From positions 31,317,406 through 31,354,053 of the forward strand of contig NC_068986.1 of NCBI RefSeq assembly GCF_001194135.2: a DNA stretch of 36,648 nt, written 5' to 3'. The translations under genes and the position numbers were made by a program. This document shows, one piece after another, positions 11,095 to 22,530 of the stretch. This DNA comes from Octopus bimaculoides (Eukaryota). Each line of letters begins with the position of its first letter. The stretch's first letter is position 1. The notes below the pieces were generated by a model, which made no database searches, had not been told where the DNA came from, and saw only the letters and a program-made list of their open reading frames with translations.

Positions 11095-11330
11095 CATATG
11101 TATGTTTATGTGTATATGTTTTTATATATATATATGTTAATATATGTGTGTATATATAGACAAAATATATATATGTGTATATACATATATATTTATTTAT
11201 AGACACAAACACCCACATACATACAAACATATATATATATATATATANNNNNNNNNNNNNNNNNNNNNNNNNNNNNNNNNNNNNNNNNNNNNNNNNNNNN
11301 NNNNNNNNNNNNNNNNNNNNNNNNNNNATG

Positions 11331-11368
<38 letters not shown>

Positions 11369-11576
11369 TAGATAGATATACACATATATACATATGCATA
11401 TATGTATGTGTGTATATATGTGTGTGTGTATATATATATGTGTGTATATATAGACAAAATATATATATGTGTATATACATATATATTTATTTATAGACAC
11501 AAACACCCACATACATACAAACATATATATATATATATATACATGCATACACACACACACACACACACATATACAC

Positions 11577-11623
<47 letters not shown>

Positions 11624-12069
11624 TGTATATTGTGAAATCCTTGACAAAAATGACAATTTATGGTTCTGTCCTTTTCTTAGCAATTATTTACATAGATTCC
11701 ATAAAAATTAAAAACTTTCTTTTGATTTCTCACATGTCAACTGCTAGATAGACAAAGGCCTGATTTACCCAGAGAGACTTCCATCAGAGCAAAAGTCAAC
11801 ACACTTGATACTGTAAAGATATGTGCCAAACTATGGTGCCTGTTATAATTCTTACGCATTTTGTTCAGGGTGCTTGCTCTTCTTGTTTTTCTTTTTGTTT
11901 TTATTACTTTGTTTTACTATTTTGTTTTCCACACAGAAGAACCTCATCAACTCTTTCCCCTTACTTTTGGCTCCTGTCAGCAATAATTTCTCAGTTAAAT
12001 TAATTGGGGTTTTTATAAAAGACATTTTTTTGTTTACACTATTTACCTCAGTTGATCAGATAATGAGGT

Positions 12070-12260
12070 CAGCCATAACATAGTCAGACGACCTGCTAGA
12101 AATAGAAGTCATATCTCCCTCAAATCCCTCTTATCATCATCACCAACAGCAGCAGCAGTGGCAGCCTTTTGACTTGGGATACACATTTATCAAGATAGGC
12201 TGTGATATGAAAGTGATTTGGTTGCTATTTCTAGCAGGTAGAAGAATACATAGTGGCTAC
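12070..12260. mobile_element. Short inverted-repeat element (local family H)
   Basis: ACCTGCTAGAAATAG(AAGTC) at ~12090 versus GGTTGCTATTTCTAGCAGGT at ~12220. The same motif recurs near 25995, 30045 and 34835. Confidence 0.6.
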
Positions 12261-12618
12261 CAGCATGAGTTGTTGAAACATCTTTCATCCATGGAAAGGA
12301 AACCTAGCCCATATGATATATTTTTGGCAGTGTAGAGAATTACTTGTGTCTATGAGAGATCATGAAAGATTTTTGATAGACAGAAAACCCAGCCCATGTG
12401 ATGCATTCTTGGTTTCATAGAAAATTCTTGATCTATGAAAAGTTATCAAAGATTTACAGATATTGTATTTAGGAAATTTGATCAGTTTTTGAGTTGTGAA
12501 ATCTTCATGAAAGAAAGGATTACAGTGTTGAGGGCATGTTTACAGCCTAAGACATACCTACAAAAACAAATGAAATAAAAAAGTTAAATTTAATTAAAAC
12601 TGCAGAACCAATATCACT

Positions 12619-12770
12619 AGGCATGGCTGTGTGGTAAGAAACTTGCCTCCAAACCACATGGTTCTGGGTTCAATCCCACTGTATGACACCTTGGGTAAGT
12701 GTCTTGGCCAACCAAAGCCTTGTGAGTTGATTTGGTAGATGGAAACTACAAGAAGCCTGCCATGTATATA
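12619..12770 (+). mobile_element. SINE head B
   Basis: GGCATGGCTGTGTGGTAAG..GGGTTCAATCCCACTG..CACCTTGGGTAAGTGTCTT..GATTTGGTAGATGGAAACT, followed by a TA/TG tract. Confidence 0.9.
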
Positions 12771-13017
12771 CAGTGGGGAGCAAAAGCAGGTATACAGTTA
12801 TGAAAAAAGAAAACAGGTACAATATTTGTTTATTTTTATCAAAAAAAAATTAAAAGTTAGCCTCATTTTTATATTTTCAGGGTCATTAATCATAATAACA
12901 CATTTATCATAACTATATTAATACTTTTATTGTAACTTTTAATTTTTGATAAAAATAAATGAATATTGTACATGTACATTTTCTCTTTTCATAACTGCAT
13001 ACCTACTTTTGCACCCC

Positions 13018-13021
<4 letters not shown>
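12771..13021. mobile_element. Tc1/mariner-type MITE, 251 bp
   Basis: ~43-bp TIRs: CAGTGGGGAGCAAAAGCAGGTATACAGTTATGAAAAAAGAAAA and the reverse complement of TTTTCTCTTTTCATAACTGCATACCTACTTTTGCACCCCACTG. Preceded by TA and followed by TG (TA target, one copy probably mutated). Additional internal inverted repeats. Confidence 0.9.
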
Positions 13022-13063
<42 letters not shown>

Positions 13064-13681
13064 CTAGCAAACACACTCATCTTTTGGATGGTTTAAGTTG
13101 CTTTAGTGGTATTTTTTCACCAAATAATTGAACTACAGAGAAGGTTTATGGGTAGCATGGCAATGTATGTTTCTGATTAACCTAGGAATGGAAAACCAAA
13201 TTGAAGGCTGGTTATTGTGGAGGTCATTGTACTTTAATGATCATTGAACATATAAGTTTGCAAGCAAAGCAAAGTAGAGCTACTGAAGTGTTTTGGGAGT
13301 AGATTACAGATAAAGACTACAAAATATAGTTGTTTTACATGAAAGCGAAATTTCTTGTCAGAAACAGCCATATAAATGTTGTAAGGAAATTGAAGGAAGA
13401 TGTTGAAACTTCCCCTCTGTGAGTTTATTTTATTCAACAGCAAAGGGAACTATTTTTTCAGAGAGAAGTATGATTGGTACATTCAAAAGTAGCAATATAA
13501 TACCTACTTGAAAAAGTAGAATTAAAAGAATGTATTTGCTATGTGCTTACAGTATACGACAACTCTGAAATTGACTTCAGGTAATGAAAAATGAAGACAT
13601 GAAGAGTTTGACTTCAGTTCACAAATGCTGCTTTGAATCTTTAGTATTTCCCAGTGAAAAGATGTCGTGTTGTATGGCAGA

Positions 13682-14000
13682 CAAATAATAAATAAAAAAA
13701 AATGTGAAAACAACTAAAAGATATTCTGTAATGCAAATATACGACCATGTAGATTTAAAAAGTATGGAAAACAGTCAAAATAAATAAATAAATAGACAAA
13801 ATCCTTTCAATTTTATAATATTCTCTAACCAAAACACTGAAGCACAAAATACACACCAATATACATATAAAAAATATAGAAAGTAATAACACACAATTAC
13901 AACATATAAATAAATAATAAATTTAAAAAATGTGAAAAACCACTAAAAATATTCTCTAATGCCAATATACGACCATATAGATTAGAAAAGTATGGAAGAC
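13682..14000 (+). repeat. Imperfect direct duplication of a ~90-bp unit (13682-13772 and 13908-14000)
   Basis: AAAAAATGTGAAAA.CA/CCACTAAAA.ATATTCT.TAATGC.AATATACGACCAT.TAGATT..AAAAGTATGGAA.AC is present twice. Confidence 0.85.
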
Positions 14001-14394
14001 CCTACATACAAAAAACTATGTACATACAACGAATTAGAGAAAAACTCGTGTAAACCACCATTTTTCTCGGTTTGTCCATTTACATGGGAGTTCAGGGAAA
14101 AATGTTATAGTGCATAGCCATTCTTGGGACATAAGTAATGTGTGTGTAGAGTGTGGTGAAAATCAGTTGAGAATTGTGGAAATGTATGCATTAGTCAATA
14201 TACATGCATATACTGTGATTTATATATACTTGATGTGTGTGTGTGTGTGTGTATGTGTGTGTGTATNNNNNNNNNNACATGCATATACTGTGATTTATAT
14301 ATACTTGATGTGTGTGTGTGTGTGTGTATGTGTGTGTGTATGTGTGTGTGTGTATGTGTGTGTGTGTTTGTGTGTGTGTATGTGTGTGTCTTTG

Positions 14395-14612
14395 TGTCTG
14401 TGTTTGTTCCCCACCACTGCTTGACAACAGGTGTTGGTGTGTCTGCATCCCTGTAATTTAGCAGTCTGACAAAAGAGACCGATAAAATAAGTACCATGCT
14501 TGAAAAATAAAATGAGTACAGGGGTTGATTCACTTAACTAAGAATTCTTCAAGGCAGTGCCCCAGCATGGCTGCAGTCTAATGACTGAGACAAGTAAAAG
14601 ATAAAAGATAAA
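14395..14612 (+). mobile_element. SINE module C (variant) preceded by (TG)n
   Basis: TGTTTGTTCCCCACCACTGCTTGACAAC...AAAAGAGACCGATAAAATAAGTAC...GACTGAGACAAGTAAAAGATAAAAG. Confidence 0.85.
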
Positions 14613-14923
14613 TTCTAGATTTGCTATTTTAGCAGCTCCAATGGTTTGGGATGGTGATTTGGTCTAGCAGACATAAGTTTGCATGATGGCCAGTCGGCCA
14701 GCTTGTCTCACAGTAGTTCTTGGTCATAAAGAAGTCCAGTATATGTTGGTTTTGTTTTTTCGCTTTAAAAGTAAATGATTCTAATAGAAGCAAACATGAT
14801 ATTGAATAATTTGCTGTGATACACCTACGACCCCACCTCTTTTTTTAAAGTAACGATGAATGCTTTTTAATTGTGATAATGAAGCAAGAGGTTCAGTCCT
14901 TACCCCTAAAATTCGTTTCTCTT

Positions 14924-15219
14924 GAGAAATATAAGGGTAACGATGTCTTCATTCCATGGAACCCATTAATGCCATCTGACCTCACCTATGAATTTAAACG
15001 GCTCCCGTTCCCATTAAAACTAAGTTTTGCTATGTCCATAAGCGAACCTCAAGCACAAACTCTCAAGGTTTTGTACTTAACCTTGCTTCTCCTTGCTTCT
15101 CTCATGGGCAATTATATGCAGGATGTTCGTGAGTTGGAAGTCCCAAAACTCTTTTTCTTTGTACACTAATTAAAGGCTATACTGAAAATATTGTATATTT
15201 AGAAGTTCTACAAAATTAA
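14924..15219 (+). pseudogene. Helitron RepHel PIF1-like helicase C-terminal remnant (frameshift plus stop)
   Basis: KYKGNDVFIPWNPLMPSDLTYEFKRLPFPLKLSFAMSISEPQAQTLKV, then after a frameshift NLASPCFSHGQLYAGCS*VGSPKTLFL...TENIVYLEVLQN*. This matches the Helitron consensus FKRxQFP..LAFAMTINKSQGQ...FSHGQLYVA.SRV...T.NIVY.EVL. Confidence 0.92.
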
Positions 15220-15275
15220 ACTGTGATTGATTTCAGGATTATATTCATGTCATCTGATAAAATTTTTCTGCATGC

Positions 15276-15563
15276 TAGTGCCGCTGGACTGGCTCCTGTG
15301 CAGGTGGCACGTAAAAGACACCATTTTGAGCGTGGCCGTTGCCAGTACTGCCTGACTGACCTTCGTGCCGGTGGCACGTAAAAGCACCCACTACACTCTC
15401 TGAGTGGTTGGTGTTAGGAAGGGCATCCAGCTGTAGAAACTCTGCCAAATCAGATTGGAGCCTGGTGTAGCCACCTGGTTCACCAGTCCTCAGTCAAATT
15501 GTCCAACCTAAGCTAGCATGGAAAGTGGACATTAAACGATGATGATGATGATGATGATGATGA
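15276..15563 (+). mobile_element. SINE-like element E with (GAT)n tail, inserted in the Helitron 3' region
   Basis: Homologous to 4920-5226 (reverse complement); has an internal duplicated GTGC.GGTGGCACGTAAAAG motif. Confidence 0.9.
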
Positions 15564-15774
15564 TCAGAATAAATATATTTATTTTCTTTAACTTTCTTTA
15601 AACTTCCAAGCAACACCGGGTACTTAANNNNNNNNNNNNNNNNNNNNNNNNNNNNNNNNNNNNNNNNNNNNNNNNNNNNNNNNNNNNNNNNNNNNNNNNN
15701 NNNNNNNNNNNNNNNNNNNNNNNNNNNNNNNNNNNNNNNNNNNNNNNNNNNNNNNNNNNNNNNNNNNNNNNNNN

Positions 15775-15929
15775 TTTCTAGTCTTCTATGAAAATCATGC
15801 AGAGCTATGGGAAGAATTACCTTGTTTGGAACCAAGTGATGGTTGGTGACGGGATGAGCATCCAGCCATAGAAAATCTGCCTTAACAAATTCTGTCTGAC
15901 CCATGCAAGCATAAAAAAGTGAACATTAA
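15775..15929 (+). mobile_element. SINE 3' module F (partial)
   Basis: ATTACCTTGTTTGGAACCAAGTGATGGTTGG...CATCCAGCCATAGAAAATCTGCC...GACCCATGCAAGCATAAAAAAGTG; matches 24595-24670. Confidence 0.8.
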
Positions 15930-16109
15930 CCCTTTAGTGTTTAGATTACTCTTCCAAATGTAATGCTTATTTATTCACAGGATACTTTGGATAATGTTGT
16001 CATAGAAGAGAAAAACAAGAAAGATAGGATGACTACAGCTGGAATATCTTTGATTGTAGGTCTACTTGATCAAGGTTGATCTTAGACTAAATTATAATGC
16101 TAAAGTTAG
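15926..16109 (+). mobile_element. TTAA-type (piggyBac-like) MITE family 1
   Basis: TTAA-CCCTTTAG left end and degraded right end AATGCTAAAGTTAG. TTAA plus CCC termini are characteristic of piggyBac. Confidence 0.7.
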
Positions 16110-16127
16110 CTGGACTTACCATGTACC

Positions 16128-16344
16128 TTAAACCTTTTGATACCTACCCACCTGCAATTAGCTCCAGTTCTATGATTCAAACTTCTTGTTTTAAAAACCT
16201 TGTCCCGAAATTTCATGTTAATTTTGTGTTCCAAACATCGGCTTAATAATGGTAAAGTTACTTTATAAAATTCTTTATCATTATCAAAATTAATTGAAAC
16301 ACAGGCAATGTATTTCAATAGAAATATGGTAATAAAATGGTTAA
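16128..16344 (+). mobile_element. TTAA-type (piggyBac-like) MITE family 2
   Basis: TTAA-ACCTTTTGATACC ... GGTAATAAAATGG-TTAA: imperfect TIRs with TTAA at both ends. Confidence 0.75.
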
Positions 16345-16792
16345 TTATAACCACAATACATACAGTACCAATGACAAGATATGGACTATAAACTCTACAA
16401 TTAATTGCCTGGCATTCTATAAACCCAGTTATTGCTAATCCTCAGTTGGTGATGTTGAAGGGATTGATGTAAAAAAATACAAAAGAAAAGAAAAACAAAG
16501 AAAAAGCAAATAAAAGACACCAGAGTCCAAAAAAAGCAGCAAGATGTTTAATTCAGTTATTTTAAAAATTTGATTTTAAAGTACACAGAGCTATTTTTCT
16601 TGAATTCCATTTAAAATTTATGGAATTCACAAGAGACAGTTTGGTTAACTTAGATCTTAGAAAGTTGGTTTTTACAGCTGAACTGAAATTGTGAAGATTA
16701 CAAACAGATAAAGGTTAGAAAGAGGATCTTAAAAAAAAGCCAGCCCTGTGCCAAAACCATGCCAAAATGGAAATACAGGCTTATAAAGACTG

Positions 16793-17270
16793 AGGTGGTG
16801 GTGTTGATGATGAGTTGGAGGAGGAGGAGGAGGAAGAGGAGTGCAGCGGTGGTGGTGGTGGGGATGATGAGGGTGGTGGTGGTGGTGGTGATGATGATGA
16901 TGATGATGACGATGATGATGATGATGATGATGATGATGAGAATGGTGATGAGTAGGAACATGGTAATAGTGTTAGTGAGTGGTCACGGTGATGGAGTTGG
17001 TGGGGCTGGTGGTGGTGGTGGTGGTGAGGATGATGGAGATTGTGGTATTGGTATTAGTTAAGATTATGGAAATGGTGATGATAATGACTATGTTGATGAT
17101 GATGGTGATGATGATGATGATGATGATGATGTTGTTGTTGGGAGTGTTGGATTGAAGAGGAAGACGACAACAGCAACAACGACAGTGATGAGGATGATGA
17201 AGGCAATGATGACAACGGACATGATGACAATAACAATGATGATGATGATGGTGACGATGATGATGATGAC

Positions 17271-17313
<43 letters not shown>

Positions 17314-17422
17314 TTATGCTGATGGTGATAGTGCTGATAATTTTATGCTGATCATGTTAGTAGGAGTGCTAGTGAAGTCTACGACAACGACAACAAAGAT
17401 GACGATGACGATGGTGGTTGTG

Positions 17423-17456
<34 letters not shown>

Positions 17457-17470
17457 CGATGATGATGGTT
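16793..17470. repeat. Degenerate trinucleotide array (GAT/GGT/GAG/GAC)n
   Basis: Direct reading; ~680 bp. Confidence 0.95.
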
Positions 17471-18207
17471 ACAAGAAACCTGAGGAAAATAGTCATGCTG
17501 TGTGTTTGATTTTTGTGTCTGAATACATAGGGAAGGGATAAAATGATATCAAATCTCTCAAATTGCTTAATGAGAAATTAATTGCAAAAACATACCCAGA
17601 ACTGTATTCAAACCAAAACTCCTTAAAACATCATCACCCTGGCCTACTTAAACACATACCCACCTGAACACACATAAATGCATACACATGTAAACACCAT
17701 GCTCATAAAAAACACAAGCACATGTAGACCTGCGTACATATACTGATATACCAGATTTAAAAAAAATAAACACAGTTTGTAAGTTACATAGTACTCTAAT
17801 AGTTTTTAAATATTGCACCCCTGTGTAATTCTGGTAACCTCCCATTTACACATAGATACACACACACACAGATGCACATGAACACACACACATCTACGTT
17901 CATGTTAATATATTTAAATATATGTATATATGAATATATGTATTAATATCTATCTCTTTGTGCATATGTGTGTAATTTTGTTATAAGAATTCATAACAAT
18001 CAAGGCACATCAATGTGTAAGACGCCAGAAATGGCTAATGAAACAGCTGTCGTAAATTTTCAACGCCATTCATGTTTACCTTTTACGTGTGTCTGTGTGT
18101 GTATATATACATATATTTATATACTTATAATATATATATATATATATATATGTATGTATTCATACATATACATATACACACATGCATATATATGCATACA
18201 TACACAC

Positions 18208-18255
<48 letters not shown>

Positions 18256-18721
18256 CATCACCATCATCATCAACATCCTTTAACATTCGTTTTCATGCTG
18301 GCATGAGTTGGACTAATTTCAGTATATGCTACCGGAGCAGGAATTACTACAGCTGTTGGCACCAGACTTGCCCTTCAAGCATACACACACACACACACAC
18401 ACACATACACACACACACACACACATACACACACACACACATACAGGCATACCTCACCCTACGTTGTTAATTGGCTCCAGGAGACATGGCTTAAGTTGAA
18501 TTTACTTGTCTCTATGTTAAACTGATAATAACCATTCCTAGTTCTGTACTTTGTCTATGAATGCATTTTCAATAATACTTGGTTAATAAAAACCTATCTT
18601 AAGCTTATAGACAAATAATTTTTATTTTTTAATACAGTACAGTAAAAAAAAATAATCTAAATTTACGAATATAATTTGACGGTGCTTACCATACATCGCA
18701 GACACTTTATTTATGAATGTT

Positions 18722-19279
18722 GGTGCCATGTAAAAAATGGCACCCAACTGTGAATCGTAGTCATGGTCATTGCCAGTGTCATGGAAATGGCACCTGTACC
18801 AGTGGCGTGTAAAAGCACCCATTACACTCCTGGAATGGTTGGTGTTAGGAAGGGCATCCAGCTGTAGAAACCATGCCAAATAAGACTGGAATCTAGTGCA
18901 GCTCTCTGGCTCATCGGCTCCAGTCAAACTGTCTAACCCATGCCCGCATCAAGAGTGGATGTTAAATGGTGGTGATGATGATGACGATGATGATGATGCT
19001 AGCTGCCAGCGTCATGTAAAAAACACTCGTGCCAGAACATCCATGTCAGTGACTCATAAAAAGCCTCTGTGCCAGTACCACCTGTCCTGGCACCACATAA
19101 AGAGCATCACATAGAAAGCTCTCAGTACACTCAGTAAAACGGTGGGCATTAGGAAGGTCATCCAACCATAGAAACCATTCCAGAACAGATGCCTGGAGCA
19201 TTGCTGATTACCAGCTCCTGTCAAACTGTCCAAGCCCTACCAGCATGGGAAACAGAGTTAAATGATGATGAGGAGGAGG

Positions 19280-19280
<1 letters not shown>
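18722..19280 (+). mobile_element. Two diverged head-to-tail E elements (18722-18997, 18998-19280)
   Basis: Each has TTAGGAAGG.CATCCA.C..TAGAAACCAT.CCA...TCAAACTGTC.AA.CC...GTTAAATG(ATG)n. Confidence 0.8.
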
Positions 19281-19314
<34 letters not shown>

Positions 19315-19379
19315 TCATCATCATCATCATCACACTATCATCCTTCAAATCATATATATTTGTTTTACATCGTGTGTGT

Positions 19380-19500
19380 GTGTTTTATATCCATTTTTCC
19401 ATGCTAACATGGGGTGAATGAATGCATGTTATTGAAGTATTGTTTTGCAGCCAGATGATTTTCTTGCTATCAATCATCACCTGTTTTTCAAGTAAGGAAT
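19380..19500 (-). mobile_element. Degenerate SINE module F
   Basis: Reverse complement CCTTACTTGAAAAACAGGTGATGATTG...CATGTTAGCATGGAAAAATGGATAT. Confidence 0.6.
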
Positions 19501-19690
19501 TTTTGTTATTCTACTTGTCTTCAAAAATGTAGATCTTGAGGACAATTTTGTTGACAGGGAATGCCAACATACTTCTCCATTTTTTACACATTGCCTTCAT
19601 GCAAAGATGCAGAATGTAAATATTCACAAAACACATACATGTGCACACGCACATATGCACACACACACACACACACGCACACACATGCAT

Positions 19691-19742
<52 letters not shown>

Positions 19743-19809
19743 TTATAATATATATGCATGTGATGTGTATGTGTGTATATATTTATGTTTATGTATACAC
19801 ACATATATA

Positions 19810-20812
19810 TATATGTATGTATGTATGTCATTCAGTTTTATTTTGAGGTTTCTTGCCAATAGAGAAAGAGCTGGTTTCTAACCTAGATCCAAGGCTCCTT
19901 CATTGGAATTTCAACATCAACAACAGTATTTTTATTTGTATGTATGTATTTATGTATGTATCTATGTATGTATGTATGTGTGTAGATTTGTATGTTTTGT
20001 TTTATGTATGTATTCTCATGCATATAGCTGCATATCTAGACATGCTCATATATATTTAAATGATAAATTTCTGGAAGGTTTTACAGATTTTTACAGTTCC
20101 AGTGATGGATTGGATATGTAGTCTTCAAATTACCTTTCTCCTTTCTGGTTTTGAAAAAGCCTAATTTCTCAAGATTGGTATTTAGGTAGTGTGTTACATA
20201 TCCCAGGGTCCAATAATTACGAGTATAAACCTGAACTTGTAATCTGGATAGAGTAACTGCAGATTTCTCAATAGTTCAGCATAGGTATTCTCTTTTACAC
20301 TGATCTTCAGCTTTATGTTAACATTTGTTGGTCAGCTAATTTCCACAACTGTGTACAGTTTCTCTTCTCTATCCCAAATCATTATATCAGGTCTTTTGTG
20401 CTTATATTTTATTGAGGTTTTCACAAGGACAGTCCACCAGTACTCCGTTTTATTATGAGTGGCTATAGCTGCTACCATACTGTGGGTTCTTATTTCGTTG
20501 TCCTCAGGGTTAACCTTCTGACAGATTTCATTATAGAGTGTCCTAGCTACAACATCATGTCTCATTGGCAGATAATACCATAATCACATTTTTGGACAAC
20601 TGCTCATGATGTGGGTGATATCTTTGGTGTTAACTCCACAAAGTCTGCATTGGTTGACACATTTTACTGCTTTTGCTGCATCTCTATACCTTTTGTGCAT
20701 CAGGTATTTGGTTGATATTTCCTGTTCCTGGATTGCAAACGCATACTCTTCAAAGTGGAAGGTAGCAATCTGGCTATTGGTCTATGATAGACTGCTTTGA
20801 TGATCCTCAGGC
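19810..20812 (-). mobile_element. 5'-truncated non-LTR retrotransposon with restriction-like endonuclease (R4/Dong/NeSL/HERO-type group), decayed
   Basis: Minus-strand translation: YAFAIQEQEISTKY...CRLCGVNTKDITHIMSSCPKM*LWYYLPMRHDVVA...KHKRPDIMIWDREEKLYTVVEIS*PTNVNIKLK..KENTYAELL..LQLLYPDYKFRFILVIIG, frameshift, ..GTVKICKTFQKFII* (stop 20056-20058). CCHC knuckle + RHD + PD..E nuclease. The 3' UTR has AATAAA and an (ACAT)n tail at ~19810-19845. Confidence 0.92.
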
Positions 20813-21658
20813 AAATTGTGGAATATGGATATTAAATGTTGACGATGATGATCTCACACACACACACACACACACATGCACACGCACGCACACACACACA
20901 CACATGCACTCACACACATACACACACATACACACACACATACACCTGCACATGCACATGCACATATATGCATATTGTCATTAAAACCAGCATCGATATA
21001 ATCATGATTCTCTCCCTGGTAGCAACTGTGTTTGTTTGTGTGTGAGTGTTTATGTGCAAGTATTTGTGTGTGTATGTGTGTGTGTGCGTGTGTAGTGTGT
21101 GTTAGTGAAGAGGAGGAGTTACTGTTGGTGATGAATATTTTGATGAGTAGATTTTGATGTTTGGTGGGTGGTAATTGTAGGTGTGGCAGTGGTAAGTGCT
21201 GAGAGGTAGAAACAGGGCTGCAGAAAGCAAAAGAAGTGTGCATGTGAAGGAGATGAAGAAAGTAGAATGCAAAGAGTTCTGATAATATATATGCTTTCTT
21301 TGAGAAAAGAGAAAAATACTATAAAGCAAACGTTGATTTAAAAAAAGCGAAAAAAAACAAAACAAATAAAATAAAGCATATAAATAAATAAATCAATGGA
21401 GAATAAATGAAAATACACATAACTGTTAAATTAAGTCGTTATTCATTTATTAATTAAGAAATATCAACAACAGTAACAACAACGAAATTAAAAATAAAAA
21501 AAGAGACAAAAATAAATATTAATATTGAAATTCTCTTTTTAGAGAATTGATAATTAATGTTTTGTTTTTTAATTTAGAATATTAATTAAAGTATAAACTG
21601 TCATCTTAGCTATAACTATAACTGTCAGGATCCAAATTTTGGGAAAATAAAAATAATA

Positions 21659-21660
21659 GC

Positions 21661-21701
<41 letters not shown>

Positions 21702-21717
21702 TAATAATAATAATAAC
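21659..21717. repeat. (AAT)n microsatellite
   Basis: Direct reading. Confidence 0.95.
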
Positions 21718-21832
21718 AAAAGTGACAAGGAGAAGCTTTACTAATCAATCTTAACTTCTATTCAAAATGCTATTCATATTAATTTCATGCTTTTTAAAAT
21801 AATATTTTTTTGTGTATATGTTTACTATTTTG

Positions 21833-21925
21833 AGGCACGGCTTTGTGGTAGAGAAGCTTGTTTCCCAACCATGTGATTTTGGGTTCAGTTCCACTGCATG
21901 TCACCTTAGCCCCAGACCAAACCTA
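21833..21925 (+). mobile_element. Degenerate SINE head B (partial)
   Basis: GGCTTTGTGGTAGAGAAGCTTG..CCAACCATGTG..GGGTTCAGTTCCACTGCATGTCACCTT. Confidence 0.75.
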
Positions 21926-22131
21926 TCATACATTTACNNNNNNNNNNNNNNNNNNNNNNNNNNNNNNNNNNNNNNNNNNNNNNNNNNNNNNNNNNNNNNN
22001 NNNNNNNNNNNNNNNNNNNNNNNNNNNNNNNNNNNNNNNNNNNNNNNNNNNNNNNNNNNNNNNNNNNNNNNNNNNNNNNNNNNNNNNNNNNNNNNNNNNN
22101 NNNNNNNNNNNNNNNNNNNNNNNNNNNNNNN

Positions 22132-22167
<36 letters not shown>

Positions 22168-22172
22168 TGTAT

Positions 22173-22410
22173 ACTAGCAGAGATACCCAGCATTGCTCGG
22201 GATTAAAATGACAGTTTATATTTATATTTATTACAGTTATGTTGAAACGTGATATGGAAAGTGCAGCATTGATGACAAAACATTTATGGAGTAAATGATG
22301 GGCTAATTCGACTAAGCAACATGTCATGTGTCCGTTTGGAGGATTCCAGGCCCTAACTTGTCATGGAAAATTGGGGGAGGGGTCTATGTGATTTTTGAAT
22401 GCACTGAAAA
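22173..22410 (-). mobile_element. Non-autonomous Helitron-type 3' end
   Basis: The minus strand ends CCCGAGCAATGCTGGGTATCTCTG-CTAG|T: a GC hairpin ~8 nt before CTAG, then host T. The far boundary is uncertain. Confidence 0.65.
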
Positions 22411-22419
22411 GCTGTCAGT

Positions 22420-22530
22420 GGTTATTGTTAGGACAGGCATCCAGCCATAGAAATCATGCCGAAACAGACAGTGGAGTCTGTCAAACCATCCAACCCATGC
22501 CACCATGTTAAGCAGATATTAAATGAGGGT
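22420..22530 (+). mobile_element. Degenerate E 3' fragment
   Basis: GTTAGGACAGGCATCCAGCCATAGAAATCATGCC...TCAAACCATCCAACCCATGCC. Confidence 0.7.

Noticed and set aside
11141-11545. ~105-bp exact direct repeat around an N gap
   Set aside because: Identity plus gap adjacency suggests assembly artefact; cannot be called a real duplication without reads.
11769-11810. 42-bp minus-strand segment IKCVDFCSDGSLS resembling a WD40 strand
   Set aside because: Weak pyrimidine tract, too short, and no neighbouring WD repeats; chance similarity is likely.
14196-14350. Duplication of ACATGCATATACTGTGATTTATATATACTTGATGTGTG across a 10-N gap (same pattern at 31060-31150)
   Set aside because: Scaffolding overlap artefact.
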